This document shows positions 33,334 through 42,600 of a DNA stretch of 64,000 nucleotides, piece after piece. The DNA lies in assembly GCA_051888935.1 (NCBI GenBank), contig JBJFCL010000039.1:9896-73895 (forward strand). Direction: 5' to 3'. The notes beneath the pieces were generated by a model that worked only from the letters and a program-made list of their open reading frames with translations, searched no databases and had not been told where the DNA came from. Numbering within the stretch: the first letter of the stretch is position 1; each line of letters starts with the position of its first letter. This stretch comes from Candidatus Caccovivens sp. GTDB lineage: Bacteria; Bacillota; Clostridia; Christensenellales; UBA1242. The position numbers and the translations under genes were made by a program.

Positions 33334-33552
33334 AAAATATCAAAAAATTAATAAAAAATCAATTTTTTTTGAAAAAAAAGTGTATTTTTTAACTATTTTT
33401 ATTATTAAATTTGATTTTTTTCTCTATCCTTGTTTTTAAGGTTTAGAGATTTTTTTTGTTTTTTATTTAATATTTGAATTTTATTTTTTTGCTTTCACAT
33501 TTGGCCTAAATATATTTTATTATTTATTATATAAATTTCTTTTGTTTTTTAT

Positions 33553-33582
33553 TTGATAAATTTACTCTAATAGTGGTAAAAT
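33553..33582 (+). promoter_or_regulatory. putative promoter of giant lipoprotein gene
   Basis: TTGATA, 18-nt spacer, TGgTAAAAT (extended -10), preceded by about 200 bp of phased A/T tracts. Confidence 0.45.
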
Positions 33583-33635
33583 ATCTCTATAAAAGAGCCA
33601 CATGGATTTGCCAAAGAAAATAGGAGAATATTCTG

Positions 33636-36600
33636 ATGAAAAAAATTAACATTGTGATTATGTCAATGTTGACATTGATACTTAGTGGAGTGCTTATGGC
33701 TTGTACTTTCAAAAAGCCAGAAGCGGAATTTAGTCAAGAGGAAATTGTTTTGTCAGTAGGCGAGACTGTTGACCTTGACCAGTATCTTTCTGTCAAAGAA
33801 ATTGAAAAGACAGATTTAAGCATTGTTGTTGCAAAGGCAGACTTGTTTGATGTTGACGGACACAAAATAACCGCACAACAAAGTGGCAGGTCTGATGTTT
33901 ATGCTTTTTATCAAAAAAACATTCTTTCATCAGTGTCGATTGTGGTTCGCAAAGCGTTTGAAGCACCAACTCATTTTGAATTTTCTCAAAAAGGCGTGAT
34001 AAGTTGGAATGTTCCGGTTTCCTATTTTGAAAATGAAAAAGAGCCGACGACCCCACAAGAATATCTTATTCAAGGAACGAGAACTGTTTATTCTGCTGAA
34101 AATCCAGACCAAATAGAAAATGTCTACAATGTAAATGAAACTGTTCAAACAAATAGTTTTGCTTTGACTGACGAAGGAGTTTACAAACTCACTGTTTCTG
34201 CAAAAGAATGCGGGTATTTTTCTCAAAGCGCACAATCCGCAGCCCAAACATTCAATTTTGGTTATATGGAAGATGTTCAACTTTCTTGGGAAAGTGAAAC
34301 GGGTATTTTAACTTGGACGCAAACTGAAAATGCGCTTTATCGCGTCAAACTTGATGGAGTGCTTTTGGACGAAAAACAAGAGCAAAATTTCAAGGATTTA
34401 TCTTCACTGATTGAAAACAAAGAAAATGGCATACATACTTTGAGCGTTTTTGTCTATGATGCAAACGGACAAAAAATGACCAAAGAAAGTCAATCCATCA
34501 GCATTGAAAAATTGGCAGAACCTGTTGTTTCTTATGATTTCTCTGCTGAAAATGGAGGTGCTATAAAAATTCAAACCTCATCAAATGCAAGTGCATACAA
34601 GATTTTTGCAACAAACACGCAAAGTGGCAATGTTTTTGAATATGACTTTGAAAACGAAGGACAAGACATCAAGACGGTTTTGCCAGAACTTGAAAAAGGA
34701 CTTTATGATATTGAGATTGTGGCTCTTGTAGATGGTGAAAATTTATTCAAAAGCAACTTATTGACTTTTGGAAAAGTTTACAAATTGGACAAACTTAATG
34801 TTTCAGGATTGGGCAATAATACAAATAATAATTTCAATATAAAAATTTCCAGTCAGGAAAGTTTGTTTAACACAAATGTTTGTGCACAATCAATAAATTG
34901 CCAAGTGACTGGATTGCAAACAGGCGAAAGTGAAAAAAATATTGCCCTTTCAGTTGAGCAATCAGGAAATTTTGATGTTTCTCTTATTCAAATGCCTATT
35001 TCTAGAACCAACTCTGTTTCAGAAGGAAATGTTTATGTTTTGAACTCTGATTCAAGCGAAATTTTGAATTTGACAAAAGTTGGAGAATTTGAAGGTCAAA
35101 TAAATCATTTTTATGAAAATGAAAAGTCAATTTTAAGTTTTTCAAAAGTGCCATATGCCAGCAATTATGAACTTTTGTATTTCAATGGAACTGATTACAT
35201 ATCGGTTGAAGCACAATGTGATATTGCTGAAAATGTGGAATTTGTTTTGTCAGCAAAGATTGAAGATTTGTTTGAAGTAGTAAACATAGAAGGGCAACAA
35301 GTTTATCAATTTAAGATTGTTGCAAAGACAAACGACGACGATGTGGCGATAAATTCTGAAAAAACAAAATCTATCGTTTTGTTGTCAGCACCAACTTCTG
35401 CAAACAGCGGAAATTCAACCAACAAGACCTACACATGGAACGCGTCTACAAATGCTGACTATTATGCTCTTGAAATTTACACTATTGACGCAGAGACTTA
35501 TAACGAACACAAAGATGATGAAAATTACACACCTTCGGGTTCGTCTTTGAAGGTTTCAACCGCAAACAATGAATATATTTTTGAAAATGTTGGCTACTAT
35601 TATGCGAAAATCTATGCAATCAGTGCAAATGAAAATTTATATATTTCGTCACAAACTTATATGAGTGAGATGTTCTATATTGCTGAGCAGTTGCAACTTG
35701 GAGATGTTGTTTTCGGTTATGATGAAACATTCAAAAATTACAGCGGATTTACGCAGGCTTCTGGTTATTTTGTGAAAGTTGAAAACACAGAAAATGTTGA
35801 CAACTTTGAGATTGCAGTTGACGACATTGCAAACATATTTGAGATTGCAGGAGACGATTTTAGTATTTATCTTTTCTCAGAAACTTTTGCACAAGCTGGA
35901 AGAGATTATGAAGTGTCAGTTGTTGCTCATGCACAAGACTCAACTTTGTATCCAAACTCTGAAAAAGAAACAATAATGGTTTCAAGACTTAGTCCTGTAA
36001 CTTACAATGATATGCAAATTGACAAGTTGACAAAAACTTTGACCATCAAAGGCAAAGAAGGAGTGAGTTCAATTTTGATTTGGGAAAGTGACAGCAACAC
36101 TGCCTCAACATTGAATGAGGGAGAAGACGCAGTTTTTGATATTTCCGCTCTTTCCAACTTTGATTTGAAATTCAATTTATATGGAGACAAATTGGCTGAC
36201 AATGTTTACAGCGGAAACAGAATTTATCTTGACAGCGAACAATCCACATTTAATTTTAGTCGTTTGGCAAGTCCAACTGATTTACGCTATTATAACGGCA
36301 GTTTGACAATGGAGCACACAGCAACCACTGCAACATCATATTATGTGCTGGATATCAATTGTAAAACAACAACTAACACTTCTTATAAGTTGTCTGTAAA
36401 ATTTGCTCAATTGGTTAGTGTTGAATACAATGGCACTGAATATCCACTTGGAGAAAAGAATGATTTTATATCATATAGCGGAACGAAAATCACGATAGAT
36501 TTGGCAAAGATAATCAATTTGATTTGCTTGGACGAAACATTGGGCGAAATTTACAACCAAGCAAAAGAAATTTCATTCTCTGCATATGCTTATCAGAAGA

Positions 36601-39600
36601 GCGAAACGAGTGGAAGAGTGACATTGTCATCTTTCTGTGCAACCACATATGAAGACTCAACAAGCACAGACTTGGTTGTGAAGAAAATGGCATCTCCTGA
36701 AATGGAATTTTCTTACACTGAAACAGATTACACATTATCGTGGGATCCAATTGATGCCAATGCGTCAGTGGAAGCTGTTACAACATACAAGATTGAAAGA
36801 AACGGCGAGGAATTTGGTTCAATTGAAGATTATTCTCTCACTGCGACATTCTCTTCATCGGAATTTGAAATAGCAACATTCTATGACCTTTGTGTGACTG
36901 CAACAAATCCAAATTTCTTGGGAGAAGGTGTTTCAAATATAGTCAGAATCTATCGTTTGAGACCTATTACAAGATTGAATTTGAATAATGATGGACAACT
37001 TGGCTTTGCTGTGCTAGATGCAAACTACAATTCTGGTGTGCAAGTCACGACCACAAGTGGAAGTGCTCTCAACACAACAGGAAAGATTGATATTTCTGAA
37101 AGTGGAGCATACACACTTAAAGTTGTTGGCAAAATTGTGAACAATGCTGATGCAAAAGTTTACTATATTGACAGCACTTCATCGACATGGACTCTCTATA
37201 ATATGGCTTCAATAAAACCATCTGACACAAGTTTGACGCTTGCAAACAACTTGCTCTCTTGGAACGCTTTTGGTGAAGGGAAAGGTTTAGGTTCGTTGGA
37301 ATATCTTGTGATATTCAAAGATGCAAACGGAAATTTTGTTCGTCACAGCACAACTTCAACAGAAGTGAATTTGCAGAACGAAACTACATTGTTTAATTCC
37401 ATCTCCACAAGTTTGTCAGCAGGCGATATCACAATCAGCGTATCAGCACACTTGACTCCATATGCAGTGACATCAGGCGGAGATATCTACTATTCACAAA
37501 ATGTGACTTTGATTGACGGCACTGTCGAAAACAACCATTATCTTTACGAAGAACATTCTTCACTCAAAAAATTGAGCACACCAGAAGTTACGGAAGTGGA
37601 ATTTGTTCATACCGACCTTGCGGACGCACAATTCCCTAATATCAAAATTTCCTTTGTTGGAAATTATGGAGATATTGGAAGATTTACAATCTTGTTAAAT
37701 GATACCGTTTTGAAGACTCTTAATATAAACAAAACAAATGATGTATATAGTTTTGAATTAACAAAAGAAGATTACAACAACGCATTACTAATTGGTGAAA
37801 CCATGACTGTCAAAGTTAGTGCCATAAGTTCGACAGACATTCCTTCTTCTGTTGGAAGTGTTGATATTGAAAGAGCATACACTTTGAAATCTTTGGCATT
37901 GGCCGAAGAAGATGGAAACTTCACACAATCTTTGGAAGTGGAATTTGAATCCGATTATTTGGATTCAACAGTTGGCGGGGTGGTTCTTGAAATTGTGTAT
38001 GACAATGGAACAGGCTCTCAAACTGCTTACGAACTTTTGTCTGTTGACAGTGTTTCAGAGAGATTATCCTTTGATTTAAGTAAATTCTTTAAAGAAAAAC
38101 TTAAAGATGGTGGAACGATTAAATTCTCCGCTTATACAAACAATTTCTCTGACGATGAAAATCATTATTTGGCATGTCCTGAAAAGAAAGAAACTCAAAC
38201 TTACAATGTCTTGAAGAGTGTTGCCACTGTCGAAAAACAAGCAGGCGGATTTGTAATAAGTGACGAACTCAACAACGACAGCACGACATATGAAATTAAA
38301 TATGGTGCAAACAAGTTTGTTGTGGGCAAAGAAGATGGTTTCTATTTTGAAGTGCCAGATGTTTGGGATAACGGCACATATAATTTGAAGATACAGGCAA
38401 AGGAAACAGGATATGTTGATTCTGTGATTACAGACATTGAGTTTGTTTTAAACAGAATAAACAAAGTGAGTGGAGTGACAATGACAAGGGTTGCTGACCT
38501 TTCCGATGTCACACTCTCTTGGGCTGCTGTTTCAAATGCAAGTGGATACATACTTAGAATGTATGCAAGTGATGATACAGACAAAGAGAATTTGCTTTAT
38601 CAATTTGATGCAACAGGAAATTCTTACAAACTTACAGAAATTTTTGGAAATAATTATTCTTCACTTTTAGATATTGGCGAAGTTACAGCGTTTGATTTGA
38701 TGAGTGATATGAATGTTACATTCACTCTTGTTGCAGTCGGCTCAGATGCCAACAACTCCAAAGCACTTGAATTTAATGCTTGTATCAAAGGTAATTCCAT
38801 GACAATCGACGACCTTAAACTTGATGATTATAGCATTCTAACTTTTGATAGTGAGATTGGACTAAGCTATCTATATAGATTTGTTGGAGCAGATGGCTCA
38901 GCTCTTTCAAATTGGAAACAAATTGACGCTGACACAGTGACAACAACACTTGACACTTCCGCAGTTGACACTGGAACATTGTTTAATGTTGAAATTGTCA
39001 AGATGGGAAGCATAAGTTCTACATCTTCTGATTATAACTTTGACCTTGACAGCATTGCGCTTACAACTGTTGGTAATGATTTGACTTATATTTTAAATGA
39101 TGAAATAGAAAAAATTGGTTATAATTCGGCATATGACTATGAGATGGTGATAACAGCCACATCAAACAGTTTCAACAAGTTGTTTGTTGGACTTGACGAA
39201 ACTGCAATTTTAGATGGAAATGTTGTGACTGTTTATCCAAGGGAAATAGTTGGGTCAAATGTGGGAGTACAAATGAACTACGCGTATTCCTTTGCAGACC
39301 TTTTAGATGCGTTTGAATCTGCTGAAATTCCGTTTAATCCAAAAGATACAGACACAGAACTTTATTTCTGGGCTTATAGAGAAACGCAAGATATAAGTGG
39401 AAGTTATGTGGTTTCCAAACCTTATAAGTTTGTTTTAAGTTTCATAAATGAAAACGACTTTGATTCAGTTACAAAAATTGGACAAATTGAAGGAGGAAAA
39501 TTTGCTGAGGATTATGCAAACACATATGTCTTGTTTGAAAATAAAGATGTAGAAAATGCATTGCAAACTTTGGGAATATATGTAAAAATTTCACAACAGG

Positions 39601-42600
39601 AAGAGGAAGGTTATACCATCACAAAATTTGTCCAAAAAGACAAACTAATTTCTCAATATTTTGACGGAATGTTTGCAATAAATTTGACAGACCTTTTTGA
39701 AGAAGAAGATCTCGTTGATTTGAGCGGAAATTTTGCTATTGCATTTGCAAAACTTCAACTTGCCACCGAAACACAAAAATATATTTTGAGTAATTGGCTT
39801 GTTTCGTCAAATGACAGTCCATTTGAATTTGAAAGATTGATGGCAGTGACTTCACTCTCTCTTAGTGCAGGAAATCTCTATTGGCAAAAACAGCAAGAGG
39901 CAGGGGATAGATACTATGTTTATTTTGCTGATGATTTAAATGACGGAAAACTTTCAGAAAATTATGCTTATTATGTTTCGACAACGACTTATTTCAACGC
40001 CTCAGACTTTGCTGGTGCTGAGCATACTTATTATATTGCAGTCCGAAGTTTGAGTCTTGATATATATCAAATTTCTTCAAAATTTAAATTTATTGAAGAA
40101 AATTCTGGCGAAGGTTTTGTTCCAGCAAAAGTGTATAAAAACCAAATAACTTCACCAATCGTGTTAAAAGATGGTGCAATATCAGTTGCTTGGGACGCAG
40201 ATGGTGATTTCTATAAAAAGTTAACTTCTGCAACCGCCAACTATGCAACACTTGCAGATGAACTTGTGAACACTACTTTCACTTCCCCATTTACTTTTAC
40301 AATCAAAAATTTGGTAGGAAACAATTTGACTTTAAGCATGAGATTTACTTCTCTCAATGCAGGCACAGAAGGTGTGAGACAAAATTTCAGTATCAATGCC
40401 AAAAATCTTCTTAGTGACCTTATTGCATTTGGAGAAGAAAACGGCTTTGATATAGAAGAGCGTTTGAATTTGCTTATACTAAATGCCAATTCAACAGAAA
40501 CAAAGTCATATCTCGACAAATTACTCACTCTCATAAAAAATGGAAGTCACGGAATTGCCAACAAAGATATTTTGTTTGATGACTACTTTGACCAATTACA
40601 ACTTGGCGGATACAAACTGGAATATTGTTTGCTTGGAAACAACACCACACTTAATTCGTCATGGCATAGTTTTAAAAATGCCAATGAAGAAAACGCTTTC
40701 TATGTAAACGAAGAACCATATGTTAGAGTTGAAAAAATTGAAAGTGAAACTGACAAGTCTTATAATGATTACAAAGTTTTTGTTAAAAAGAGCAATATTT
40801 ATAATTATATAGATGGAGAATATTTGCTTGAACAAGCAAACAACTATGTTATAAAAATTTATGACGATGTTCAAATGTATGTTTTTGCAATTACAAAAGG
40901 AATTGATGCATTTAGTTTGAGAATGTTAAACGATGCACAAGACCGAAGTGTCAATGTTTATGAGTGCAACTCAAATGGAGAGGAACTTGCAGGTGGCGAT
41001 TACTTGATGTTCTACATAAATCACAATTCAGGAGATTCTCTGCTCGGTGTTTATGGACAAGAAATTGAAAAACTTTCATTCAAGATGCAAGTCTTTGCAG
41101 TTGGAAATGATTTTTCTGCTTCAAGTAAGTCCAAATTCTTCAATTTGACACTTCTTGGATTTGGAAAAAGTTTGACAGTTAACAAAGGTGTTTTCTTATG
41201 GACACCACAATTAAACAGAAGCACCACAGTTATATACAGAAAGAGCACATCTATTGGCGATGGAGAAGTAACTGTTGATGGAAGTTTGACGACAGCCAAA
41301 TTTAGTTTAGATGGACTTGGAGACGGACTTTACAATTACATAAAATTTGTAGTGATTGGTGAGATTAAAGATAATACTATTTATGTTGATAGTGAAATTT
41401 ATCAAATTGACAACATTTACAAACTTTCCAGTCCAACATTATCAAATGAATTTGGATATATAGCAATTGACGATTCAGCAAATCTTTCTGTTTTAAATGG
41501 TTGTTATTCTGATGCAAATCCGTTTAATTATATTCTTTACAATGATGTTTCCACTTCTGGTTCTTACATAGATTTCACAGATGACAATATGGGAACAAGC
41601 AAGATTTTGTATCAACCTGGCACAACAGGAATTGTTGACCAAACTACAAACGATGATTACAATTATAAATCGACAGAACAAGATGCTTCCCAATATATGG
41701 TTTCCAGCGTTGGAACAACAGCAAAAATTGTTGCAGTTGAGGACGAAACAAACTATTATATCAAAAAACTTCACCCAGTTGATTTGGCAAGTGGTCTTGC
41801 TTCGGAAAAATATGTGGCACTAAGAAGCAATATTACAACGCTTAATAATGTTAAATATGGTATATTTGATGCCAAGATGCTAAATGCGACCACAGGTATG
41901 AAAATTGAAAATGGTATACTTACTTGGAATGAAAATTCAGGCAATACATCGGTTCAAGATGAAATACTTAAAGTTCCTGCAACAAATGGTGCAAAAGTTG
42001 TTTACAAGGTAACTGTGGTTCAATACAAACTTTCCGCATCTGCAAATGGCTATAATGAGGACAATGTTGGTGTTGAGTATTATTACTACACAACAAACAA
42101 TCAATTTGATTTTGCTCAAATTAGAGAGGACCAAATTGTTGACACAACCGAAGTAACTTATCTGAAAGCAACAGTACAAGCATTGGCTTTGTATACTTCT
42201 GACATTATGCCAAGTGGCGATTATGTTGAATTTGTTGAAGGCGGTTATGGATACGGAAAACTCAATTATGTCAAAGAAGATGGCACAACAACAAGCGTTG
42301 CAATCATTATGAGCGAAGGAGAAATTAAAAAGCAAATTGATAGACTTGAACCTATCAAGGACAATTCCTTGAAAGTTGTCAATGGCAAGATTCAATGGAA
42401 ATATACGACCGAATTTGGAATGACCAAAGATACATTGTTAAACCAATATTCTTTCGTGGTTGTGGATGCTGACGGCAAACAAATTGATGGAACTTTTGAT
42501 GTGTCAGCCCCTGAGACTAACTTGACTAATTTAGACTTTACAATAACCTTTACAGAAAAGAAAGGAGAGTTAAAATCTGGCACTCAAACATTAAAAGTTT

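Noticed and set aside
33334-33635. CRISPR array or tandem repeat in the AT-rich spacers (also 54877..55150)
   Set aside because: These are only irregular A/T tracts. There are no evenly spaced direct repeats of 25-40 nt with unique spacers, and no cas genes are in the window.
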